Below, one piece after another: positions 11,672 to 22,322 of a DNA stretch of 64,000 nt. The notes beneath the pieces were generated by a model. The model had not been told where the DNA came from and searched no databases. It worked only from the letters and a program-made list of their open reading frames with translations. The DNA is from Podarcis bocagei (taxonomy: Eukaryota): assembly GCA_964188305.1 (NCBI GenBank), contig OZ076890.1; one strand, written 5' to 3'. Numbering within the stretch: position 1 is the first letter of the stretch; the number at the start of each line of letters is the position of its first letter. The translations under genes were made by a program, and so were the position numbers.

Positions 11672-13131
11672 ATACTGATGGCAACTAATGAAAGCTCCAG
11701 TCCAAAATATCTGGAGAGCACCAGCTTGGGGAAGGCGGATGCGAATAAAAGTGAGCTCACAGTGGTATGACTATAAGACAACTTCCCAAGTTCTGTTGTA
11801 TATAAGAAACTATTTCTAACAGAATCTCATCACTTTCTTTTTTTCCTCTTTTGTGGTGTGTGTGTGTGTGTGTGCGCACGCAGTCAAAATATATATGACA
11901 AAAATGTCACAAAAAAGGTTGTGGTAAATTATTTGGTGCATATTATAGCTGATGCCACAGTTTCATTGAGTTGCTTGTTTATAAAAGGACTCTCCTATCC
12001 ATCGATTTGAACATTGGATAAATTTAGCACTTTCCTGATGAAAAGGCTGTGTGAGAGTAATGGTTTAATAACAAGGCATCATTGATCATATTGACTGGCT
12101 CTTAATATCCTGGCTCACTGGTTTGCCAATATGTTTCCTTATTTAATAAGTTGCCTGTTTCCAAACAGATGTGTTCTTGTTACTATTATTATTGTGTATG
12201 CTTTGTGTAAGAGAACAGAGACCCCTGCAGGTTCAAATGGCAGCCATGGAGGGAGGCCATGATAGGTCTGGAATGATGAGATCTGTACCTAAGAACTGGC
12301 TCACACATTACAAAAACAGTGAAGCCACAGTATACTGCTTTGCTCACGCCATGTTTGGCTCCAGAATTCTGTAGCCTTTGCAGGTTTAGGTGTAACTAAT
12401 CAACAAGCCTGCTACACAGCTTACTGCATTTTTCAGGCAGAATTGAGGCATAAGCTTTACAACTGAAAACTCCGAGGTAGTGTGCACAGGGTTTCTTTCC
12501 AGGCCACTTTTCAAGATGTATTATGTCTATTGCTTCGGAAGGTAGTCTGTTCTGTGGGTATTTGGCTGTTTCCCCAGGACTTCTTAGAGAGACCAGCATC
12601 AATCAGCAGGCTCATTGGCATTTCTATTAGTGAGCGATACTTTCTCTCAGAAATGCCTTTTTTTTTCTTTGGCAGGGGGCATATATGAAGCAGTGGTTTG
12701 ATTCTGCATGCCATTCTCATTGAGAAAAATGCTCAACACTATGGTCAGTAAATTTACCATCATCCACAATTTCACTTTTCTCAGGAACTGTTTGCTGGTA
12801 AATGCCGTGTACTTACTCAGTTTTTCCAAAGACTTCTGCTCTATTCTTAAGAGACTGAAGTAGTAAATGAATATGTGGAAACAAGCTCCAGAGGAGAAGA
12901 TGCTCTGCTCTCACTGACCTTTGGAGAAGACTTGTGTGTTGCTTTAGCCTTGATGCAGGGAATGCACTTCCTCTAAATATTGCAGGTCAACAATTGCAAG
13001 TCTCTTGTCACTTTAGTCAAAGCCTGACTAAAATGTCTTTTTTCCCAGTTTCAAGTAACAAATGCAACTATGAGAACATGCCTCATTTGAGTATAATCTC
13101 AAGGCTACCATCCTAAGTAAACTAATTTAGA

Positions 13132-14700
13132 GTTGTTGTTGTTTAGTCGTTTAGTCGTGTCCGACTCTTCGTGACCCCATGATCCAGAGCACGCCAGGCA
13201 CTTCTGTCTTCCACTGCCTCCCGCAGTTTAGTCAGACTCATGTTTGTAGCTTCGAGAACACTGTCCAACCATCTTGTCCTCTGTCGTCCCCTTCTCCTTG
13301 TGCCATCCATCTTTCCCAACATCAGGGTCTTTTCCAGGGAGTCTTCTCTTCTCATGAGGGGACCAAAGTATTGGAGCCTCAGCTTCACGATCTGTCCTTC
13401 CAGTGAGCACTCAGGGCTAATTTCCTTAAGAATGGATGCGTTTGATCTTCTTGCAGTCCATGGGACTCTCAAGAGTCTCCTCCAGCACCATAATTCTTCG
13501 GCGATCAGCCTTCTTTATGGTCCAGCTCTCACTTCCATACATCACTACTGGGAAAACCATGGCTTTAACGATACGGACCTTTGTTGGCAAGGTGATGTCT
13601 TTGCTTTTTAAGAAGCTGTCTAGGTTTGCCATCGCCTTTCGCCCAAGGAGCAGGCGTCTTTTAATTTTGTGACTGCTGTCACCATCTGCAGTGATCATGG
13701 AGCCCAAAAAAGTAAAATCTCTCACTGCCTCCATTTCTTCGCTTCTATTTGCCAGGAGGTGATGGGCCCAGTGGCCATGATCTTCGTTTTTTTGATGTTG
13801 AGCTTCAGACCATATTTTGCGCTCTCCTCTTTCACCCTCATTAAAAGGTTCTTTAATTCCTCCTCACTTTCTGCCATCAAGGTTGTGTCAAGGGTTCTGC
13901 CATCAAGGAAATGTCAAGGTTGTTGACATTTCTTCCGGCGATCTTAATTCCGGCTTGGGATTCATCCAGCCCAGCCTTTCACATGATGAATTCTGCATAT
14001 AAGTTAAATAAGCAGGGAGATAATATACAGCCTTGCCGTACTCCTTTCCCAATTTTGAACCAATCAGTTGTTCCATATCCAGTTCTAACTGTAGCTTCTT
14101 GTCCCACATAGAGATTTCTCAGGAGACAGATGAGGTGATCAGGCACTCCCATTTCTTTAAGAACTTGCCATAGTTTGCTGTGGTCAACACAGTCAAAGGC
14201 TTTTGCATAGTCAATGAAGCAGAAGTAGATGTCTTTCTGGAACTCTCTAGCTTTCTCCATAATCCAGCGCATGTTTGCAATTTGGTCTCTGGTTCCTCTG
14301 CCCCTTTGAAATCCAGCTTGCACTTCTGGGAGTTCTCGGTCCACATACTGCTTAAGCCTGCCTTGTAGAATTTTAAGCATAACCTTGCTAGCGTGTGAAA
14401 TGAGTGCAATTGTGCGGTAGTTGGAGCATTCTTTGGCACTTCCCTTCTTTGGGATTGGGATGTAGACTGATCTTCTCCAATCCTCTGGCCACTGCTGAGT
14501 TTTCTAAACTTGCTGGCATATTGAGTGTAGCACCTTAACAGCATCATCTTTTAAAATTTTAAATAGTTCAGCTGGAATATCATCACTTCCACTGGCCTTG
14601 TTATTAGCAGTGCTTTCTAAGGCCCATTTGACTTCACTCTCCAGGATGTCTGGCTCAAGGTCAGCAACCACACTACCTGGGGTGTACGAGCCATCCATCC
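13132..14700 (-). mobile_element. 5'-truncated Bov-B (RTE clade) LINE with a disrupted RT
   Basis: Translations QAGFQRGRGTRDQIANMRWIMEKAREFQKDIYFCFIDYAKAFDCVDH, GVRQGCILSPCLFNLYAE, GVTKSRTRLND; (AAC)n tail; probable TSD aatttaga 13124-13131 / 14701-14708. Confidence 0.95.
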
Positions 14701-15752
14701 AATTTAGAAATAGTTTGATTGAAATTAGCAAGTATATCTTCAGAGTATATGTATTTCATTTTGGAGCCACACTCAATATTTTCCCAGTGGTTTCCCTTTC
14801 CCTAAGTTTCAAGGAGTTCTGCAGGAAGGAACATTGCTGGCTTCTCCTAAGGGTTCTAAAACGATCGCCATATGTGGCAAGCATATGGCATAGCTTTATA
14901 ATAGCATTAAGTAGCTAGAATATGGCAGATTTTCATAGACACACCATTATGGGAGGAAGTTGCTTCAATATGACAAACAGCTGCTTCTATAAATGTTGTC
15001 CACAGTGAAAGTAAACACCATTATTTATGATGTGGTTATATTTAGCAATATCAAAGTAGGTAAATTAATCAAGTACAACAGGCCTTGCTCATTTGGATAG
15101 TTGTCTGACATAAAACAAAAACTAAAGAAAAGCTACACAGCACAATGCTTTAGTGAAACCTTTCACATATTTGCAAATTTTAAAAGCCTGGTATATGTCT
15201 TCAAATTAATGCATTAGGTTGCGTAAATGCTCCTCTTGACACTGAAGTGTTATTTAAAATATATTACCTGCTGTTGTAAAATATGAAGATACAAAAGTGA
15301 TGCCAAATTATTACACATAATTACTAGGGCAAATGACCTTGGTGCACTGGATAACCAGGTCTGATAAATGAGAGAGTTTGGCACACATCACTTAAAACCA
15401 AGTGTTGGTATACTTAAGGACATGGTTGAAGTTTAGAGCTCCAAGGGATCCTTTGCTGGTTAAGCTATGCGAGTTTCAACAGCATGTGTTTCAAGATGTC
15501 AGTGAATCGCAGCCACTGTCTAAAAGGGCATCATTCTGTCTGCAGAGCTAACAATGTAGTATCAGATGGATGTTGGTTTGTACTGATGTTTTTCCTTCCT
15601 AATAAAAAAGGGAGGCCTCTTGCAAGCCATCATTCCTCCTGTCAGTGAGCCTCCCTATCTCAGAGGAAATCATGTAACAACTTTACGACAAATTCTGAGT
15701 ATAGAACAAGAGTCTCTCATATTATTCAGCTACAGAAATTTTGTGTGATGTG

Positions 15753-16015
15753 CAAGGCCAGCCCAAGACTGTTCGCTGCCTGAGCCAATGGACAATATGG
15801 CCCCTTCCCATCCCTCCAAGTATAGAACCTGACTGGATTGATAGGTAAATATTAGTTCAGCACTGGTGATGGGACAGCCTTCTCTTCTGCACCCAAAGGT
15901 TGGCTATCTTACAGAATGCAGGTCAAGCCATGTGACACAGATAGCTGTGCTTTCTAACACCTCACTGCTGCTCCACACTTTCCATCTGAGGTGGTTAATG
16001 GTAGGGCAGGCCCTG
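15753..16015. mobile_element. hAT-type non-autonomous element
   Basis: TIRs caaggccagccc / gggcaggccctg; 8-bp TSD gtgatgtg (15745-15752) / gtgatgtt (16016-16023). Confidence 0.75.
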
Positions 16016-17102
16016 GTGATGTTTGTCTGGTTGCATCAAACAATTCTGTTAAATTTTGTTAAGGAAGCAAAGCATTCGAATGCTTTGCTATCTGAAAATG
16101 ACTTATCTGTTTCAAAAAAAGAAAAGAAAAAGAAAATTCTTCTTGAGCTCTATCTCAGATCATTAAACAAGATTGCATGCACTCAGTGAACCTACAGTAT
16201 TTGAAATCTGCTGCCATTCAAGCACAAGTTGGAAAAACTGTAGTGGTTTGATCAATCATCAAAAATGGTGTATTCACCATATAAATGGGGGTCTGGGGAA
16301 TGAGGAAGCATTTTGAAACTCCCAAGAACTTTCCTGAATGCAAAAAGTACTCAAGTGTGGTATTCGCTCCTCCACGTAATTACAATCAACAGCTATTTCA
16401 GAGGAACAATCTCAACTTACACTTGCAAGATTTCTTTCCCCCTGAAAACTCCTGGCTTATTGCTTTTTACTCTTTAAATACCAGAACCTTGTTCTTTTCG
16501 TTTTGGCGGCTGGCAATAAGTATGTTTCAGCAGTTTCTGTGGGGATCCAGCTCTAATCCTATCTTGTCCTGCTCAAGCACTCTTTTTGATTAAAAGGGTT
16601 TCACAGGATTTAAAGCATTCTGCTGGAATTGTTTGAACTTCACCAAAGGCCAGGCTGGTGTCTTCACAGCTGTTTCATCACAACAGAATTTAAGCATGAG
16701 GTGGTTTCAGATAAATCATTGCAACACAGGGGGAAAAATGGGAATGGTAGGCTTGTGGAATTAATTTCACATCAGAGTTGCTCTGTCATACTATAGCTAC
16801 AAAAAAAGTGAGCATACTATGCGGGTTACAGACATTTATAGCCGCTTTTAGGGCTTATTCTAAAACTCCACTTGTAGCATAGTTCTGAAGGCACCACATT
16901 AAGTATGGTGAACCTGTTACTAGATGCCCAGCTATCTTATACACTAACATAGAATATGTAAACATAACATGTTAAAGCTGTCAGATTTATTGGGGAACTT
17001 TTCAGGCATTGTGTTGGTCCGCTTCCCTCCCTGCTTTTATGGCTGTTGACATGAGCAACATCACATGCTACCTTGGAGTGCTCAGATTTTTGTCTCAGCT
17101 AG

Positions 17103-17347
17103 GAAGAAGAAGAAGAAGAAGAGTTTGGATTTGATATCCTGCCCTTCACTCCCCTTCAGGAGTCTCACAGCGGCTAACATTCTCCTTTCCCTTCCTCCCC
17201 CACAACAAACACTCTGTGAGGCTGAGAGACTTCAACGAAGTATGACTGGCCCAAGGTCACCCAGCAGCTGCATGTGGAGGAGCGGAGACGCGAACCAGGT
17301 TCACCAGATTATGAGTCTACCACTCTTAACCACTACACCACACTGGC
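17103..17347 (-). mobile_element. tRNA-derived SINE with (CTT)n tail (Squam3-like)
   Basis: Reverse complement of 19219-19472; head gccagtgtggtgtagtggttaag with A/B boxes; (GAA)n on the plus strand. Confidence 0.85.
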
Positions 17348-17440
17348 ATGTAGTTCCACTCCTATCAAATTCTGGGCAGGATGCATTTGCAAAGTTGATT
17401 CAGGACATCCTTGCAAGTTTTGAGCCTGCAGAGGAAATAT

Positions 17441-17441
<1 letters not shown>

Positions 17442-17486
<45 letters not shown>
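17442..17486. repeat. (GT)n microsatellite
   Basis: Perfect dinucleotide run. Confidence 0.95.
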
Positions 17487-17487
<1 letters not shown>

Positions 17488-17748
17488 CAACTTTATGCTG
17501 AGATGAAGATTTCCCCCTGATTCAGAGGTCTTTATACACGTGAAGCTGATGCCAAGAACTCCCGCTCAGTACAGGTGTGCATAAGGAAACTTCAGTGTTT
17601 CTCCCTGAGAATTGTGAAAGGCTTTCAGTGAAGTTCCAATCCTATTTCTCCATATTTCAGTGGAATGGGGAAAATTTGCCCAATCACTATCATAACTAAA
17701 TACTAAAAATCATAACAGTTGTAGAAGGCATATATGCTGCATGTGCAT

Positions 17749-17946
17749 GGAAGGGCCATAGCTTAGTGGCAAAGCATCTGCCTTACATGCAGAATGTCCC
17801 AGGTTCAATCCCTGGCAGCTGCAGCTGGCGCTAGCAAAAATTCCTTGACCGAAACCCTAGAGAACCACTGCCAATCAGAGTAGGCAATTTTGGGCTAAGT
17901 CAATGAAATGAGTATGACTCAGTAAAAGACAGCTTCCTATGTTTCT
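17749..17946 (+). mobile_element. tRNA-Ala-like SINE with CR1-type tail
   Basis: A box tagcttagtgg, B box ggttcaatccc, tail cagcttcctatgtttct; second copy at 33202-33372 on the minus strand. Confidence 0.7.
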
Positions 17947-19218
17947 GTATTCTGATGTTTCAAAAGTAGAGATTGACCCTGGATAAGAATTCACTTCCCC
18001 ACCAGTGAAGTTGCAAATATGCATCTGAAACATTCATGGCTCTTTTGTGGAAAGGTACTGTATAAAAGCAAGGTGCTAGTAATGAAAGATGTGCATAGAT
18101 TTTAATTATCTCCTCCACAGTCAATAGAACTAAGGTGAATCTGTACATCTGTGAAAACACTAAAAATGAAACATTTATTACTAAGTGTGATTTACAGCCA
18201 GCTACAATTGAGTTACGATAAATGGATTGGCAATTTAGGTCCTGACAAAATCCACTGTAGCGATCATTTTCCTTGTTCCAGGTTAGCACATAATATTTTG
18301 TGATGCTATTCTGGCACAAGGTCCTCTTACAGAGGGCTGATGCACATTCAGCACTATACTTGCTCGCATGCCAACCGCTATGAGATAGATGCATAAATTG
18401 AGACTTCAAAGCAAGCTGTAAAACAAACTGTCCAATAGTAGCCATTAACCACATTGACTTAAAAAGCGAATGCCATTAAAATTAATACTAGAGTCCGCTG
18501 TTTCAATAAACTGCCAATGCTAATGCAATTCCCCCTGTGAGGATCATTATACAAGGATAGTTCTGTGGCATCATAGCCCTTTGCACTCTTGATCACAATA
18601 GGAAAACAATATACCTATAATTAAAAATCGCACAGTAGCGCTAATTAAGACACATACAAAACAAGCCATGTTCTAATGGAATCAAGTCCTTTCATTCTGT
18701 ACTTAAACAGTGATGCTCTGTCTTAAATGTATGATCAGCTAATAGTCTTTTCCTCCTCCCCTTTAAGCCCTTTGACTTACTTATCACATAGTAAATGTGG
18801 CTAGTAAAGAAATATTATTATTTATAATATTTTCATCCCACCCTATAACCAGAAAGGGGGGAAATGGCATCAGTAGCTCAAAGTGGCATTTTTGTCCTCC
18901 CATTTGCTGCATGCTTGGCTCCTTATGTATTGTAAGTACACAGAGGAAAGAGGCTGGCATTAATGGGATGTACAGAACAGCAGAGTGGAAACTGTCCAAA
19001 GCCACTGTTCAGATCTGATTGTTTGTTTGTGTCCTCAGTCAGTTTTTATAAAGGAGGTAGGCTAGGCTAAAATATAGTTACTCCTGCTAAATAGATGCCA
19101 CAGATCCACTGACTGTCATGACTTTAGTATTTCCTTTCAAAGTGCTGTCTTGCTGGGTTCTTTGAAAGGGGCTTCTGGAAACCCCTGCTGGTAAAAAAGA
19201 TAACCTCCCCTCCCTTAA

Positions 19219-19471
19219 GCCAGTGTGGTATAGTGGTTAAGAGCGGTGGACTCATAATCTGGGGAACTGGGTTTGCTTCCCTGCTCCTCCACATGCAGCT
19301 GCTGGGTGACCTTGGGCCAGTCACACTTCTCTGAAGTCTCTCAGCCTCACTCACCTCACAGTGTTTGTTGTGGGGGAGGAAGGGAAAGGAGAATGCTAGC
19401 CGCTTTGAGACGCCTTAGGGTAGTGATAAAGCGGGATATCAAATCCAAACTCTTCTTCTTCTTCTTCTTCT

Positions 19472-19472
<1 letters not shown>
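19219..19472 (+). mobile_element. tRNA-derived SINE with (CTT)n tail (Squam3-like)
   Basis: Head gccagtgtggtatagtggttaagagc, body gctgggtgaccttgggccagtcac, (TTC)n tail, followed by (CA)n. Confidence 0.85.
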
Positions 19473-19504
<32 letters not shown>

Positions 19505-20211
19505 TAGAGATTTTCTTGGTTTACAAAAGTACATGTATTGTCTCTCTTTTCAGGTTGCGCAATTCGCTCTATGCGGGGCTGCCATTGAAGCTGTCCCAGA
19601 AACTCCAGTGGGTGCAGAATGCTGCAGCGAGGCTCCTCACGGGGTCTCTGCCATGGCAGCATATTCACCCAGTGCTTTTCCAGCTGCACTGGCTCCCAGT
19701 GGAGTACAGGGTCAGATTTAAGGTGCTGGTTTTGACCTTTAAAGTCCTTCATGGCCTAGGACCCTCATACCTATGGGACCGCCTCTCCCGGTATGCCCCA
19801 CGGAGGACCTTAAGGTCCATAAATAGCAACACCCTAGAGATCCCGGGTCCTAAGGAAGTTAGATTAGCCACAACCAGAGCCAGGGCTTTTTCAACACTGG
19901 CTCCGACCTGGTGGAACGCTCTGTCTCATGAGACTAGGGCCCTGCAGGATCTGATTTCTTTCCGCAGGGCCTGTAAGACAGAGTTGTTCCGCCAGGCCTT
20001 TGGCTTGGAGTCAATTTGATTCCCTCCCCCTCTTTCTTCTTTCTTTTTTCCTTTCTCCTCCTGTGATGAGGCTGCATTTTAATGTTTTAATGTTGTATTT
20101 TAATCTTGTTTTTAAGTTGTATTCATTCAACTTGCTTTTATTATTTTTTGTTAGCTGCCCTGAGCCCGGCCTTGGCTGGGGAGAGCAGGGTATAAATGTT
20201 TTTTTAAAAAA

Positions 20212-20259
<48 letters not shown>

Positions 20260-20735
20260 AGATCAGTTACATTTCTTGTGAGACATTAGTGTTGTATATA
20301 GTATAAGGTTGGAGAAAAAGAGTGGGGGAGAGTGGGTGGTGTGGTTAAACTTATATTCTTTTACTTAGTGTATGTGTGGTGTTTCGTTTCAGCATCACTT
20401 GGGTAGGTTCTCTTTCTATTTGCTTATTATATTTCCTTGGTAGTGAGAGTGGGGGGCAGGGTGTGGTTGGTTGTCTTTTAGTTGGCTGCAGTGAGATTTG
20501 TTTCCATGTGGGGAAGGTATTTTTGGGTCAAGATAGTCATATTGATTTGTATGCTGTCAGTGTATTCATGTTGTTGTCTTGTTGGGCTGTGTATGTAATA
20601 AAGGGGATCCATACCAGGGTGAAAGCATCCTCTTTTATTCGTCCCCGTGCCAGTTTCAGTCTATTGGTTAGCTTTTCTAGTAAGGCTGTTTCCCATACAA
20701 TTTGATACCAGTGGTCCATGTTTACTCCTGACAAC
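19505..20735 (-). mobile_element. 5'-truncated L1 LINE (ORF2 C-terminus and 3' UTR) interrupted by an L2
   Basis: ORF 20537-20734 WYQIVWETALLEKLTNRL...FTLVWIPFITY resembles the C-terminus of non-mammalian L1 ORF2; UTR 20259-20536 probably resumes at 19505-19558. Confidence 0.65.
19559..20258 (+). mobile_element. 5'-truncated L2 LINE with (TAT)n tail
   Basis: NSLYAGLPLKLSQKLQWVQNAAARLL...LHWLPVEYRVRFKVLVLTFK, near-identical to the C-terminus of the 41717 ORF. Confidence 0.95.
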
Positions 20736-21780
20736 CTGCCCTCCTTTTGACATCAGGCAATTGATGGGTGGGTGGATACAAACCACTTTTCAAATCTGGT
20801 CCAAAAGGATTTGGGAAAATAATGATCTGGCTCACCAGCCAGATCCAGTTCCTGACCCCTGAGATCCTCAGGACCTAGCTAGATGTGAGTGCAAAAAAAA
20901 TTGTAAAGGAATATTAGCCCAGGGGAAAGCCTGAGCAGTATCAGAAGCACTGGGTGTGGGGGGACGGACTGAATGGTTCCAACAGAAGTACCCTTTCCAA
21001 AGCTACTATTTGCATTTTATAAGAAGCTTCAGTTGGTACTAATGTGGCATTCCCTTAAATTACAAATAGCCCATGTGGTTCCAAGGATAGCCAGTCTTCT
21101 CCTTGGGTGAGCAATTTACATAATAAAAATTGCACATTAATTGCATTTGCACAATTAACATGAAGTTCACTTTGGTACTCAATAGGGAGACATGCTAAAT
21201 AAAGATTTGCATCAAACTAAATCATACTCATACCCCTTGTAATCAGTGGACTTCAGAAAGTGTTATTGGTATTGACAAATTTGCTTCCTTTGTTCCTCAC
21301 ATGGCTACTCAGGACTCATCTACTTCTGTAGCTTGTGGCAGATATTTCAGGCTCAACCTGTGCATCTCATTCAATTTACATCATTTTATTTGCTTTGAAA
21401 AAACCATGTAGTTTTTGAGTATACTAACTTGGTCATTTTCCATCTAAATGATTAGGTTCAATTCAAAATAGATTACATGGACTCATCAGTCAGCCAATAC
21501 ATGTCAACTGAATGGTGTATAGGCAACCAGAAATAACTCTAAATAACATTATTTTATCTGTGTATCCTGGTAGAAGGAATACAGACCAAGATCGTTATTG
21601 GGTTTAATATGGTACAAGTAATTAAGGCCAATTGTGTCCCATATGCCCCCGTTATATACCAGAATTCCAGGTGGCATATATGCCTATCACAGGTACCTGG
21701 TTCTTGTTTCCAAACCTTAAACCCTGACAGGTGAAATTGACCATTGAATTATTATTTTTCTGAGCAGTACTTTGTGATCA

Positions 21781-22322
21781 TTCTTCTTCTTCTTCTTCTT
21801 CTTCTTCTTCTTCTTCTTCTTCTTCTTCCCCGCCCATCTATCTGGGTTTCCCCAGCTACTCTGAGCAGCTTACAGTGTATGTAAAACCATAGTAAAATGT
21901 CAAATATTAAAAACTTTTCAATACAGCCAACTTTCCAATACAGCCCTTCCTTCAGATGTCTTCTAAAAGTTTTGTACTTCTTTATCTCCTTGACATCTGA
22001 TGGGAGGGTGTTCCACAGGGAGGGGACTACTGCCATGATAGCACTCTGCCTGGTTCCCTGTAACTTCATTTCTCACAGTGAGGGTACCAGCAGAAGACCC
22101 ACAGAAGAGGATGTCAGTGTCCGGTCTGATAGATGGGGTTGGAGATGCTCCTTCAGCTATACTGGGCCGAGGGCGCTTAGAGCTTTAAAGGTCAGCACCA
22201 ACACTTTGAATTGTGCTTGGAAACGTACTGGGATCCAGTGAAAGGCTTTCAGGACCAGTGTTATATGGTCTCGGCAGCCACTCCCAGTCACGAGTCAGCT
22301 GCCACATTCTGGATTAGTTGTA
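21781..22322 (-). mobile_element. 5'-truncated L2 LINE with (TTC)n at its tail
   Basis: Homologous to 53654-54145; encodes QNVAA...FKVLVLTFKAL...PSLWNTLP on the minus strand. Confidence 0.85.

Larger units (their letters stand above)
10875..11738. mobile_element. Degenerate hAT MITE split by a solo LTR (arms ~10875-10943 and ~11672-11738)
   Basis: ccagatgttttgga on the left and tccaaaatatctgg on the right match the two arms of the 1400-1536 MITE family. Confidence 0.6.

Noticed and set aside
12757-12854. Possible minus-strand coding exon
   Set aside because: Competing donors and no recognisable peptide.
17960-18454. 164-aa minus-strand ORF
   Set aside because: Non-ATG start, no recognisable domain; more likely a chance frame across a non-coding block.
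19273-20019. 248-aa ORF as a host gene
   Set aside because: Chimera of SINE, microsatellites and the L2 ORF2 C-terminus.
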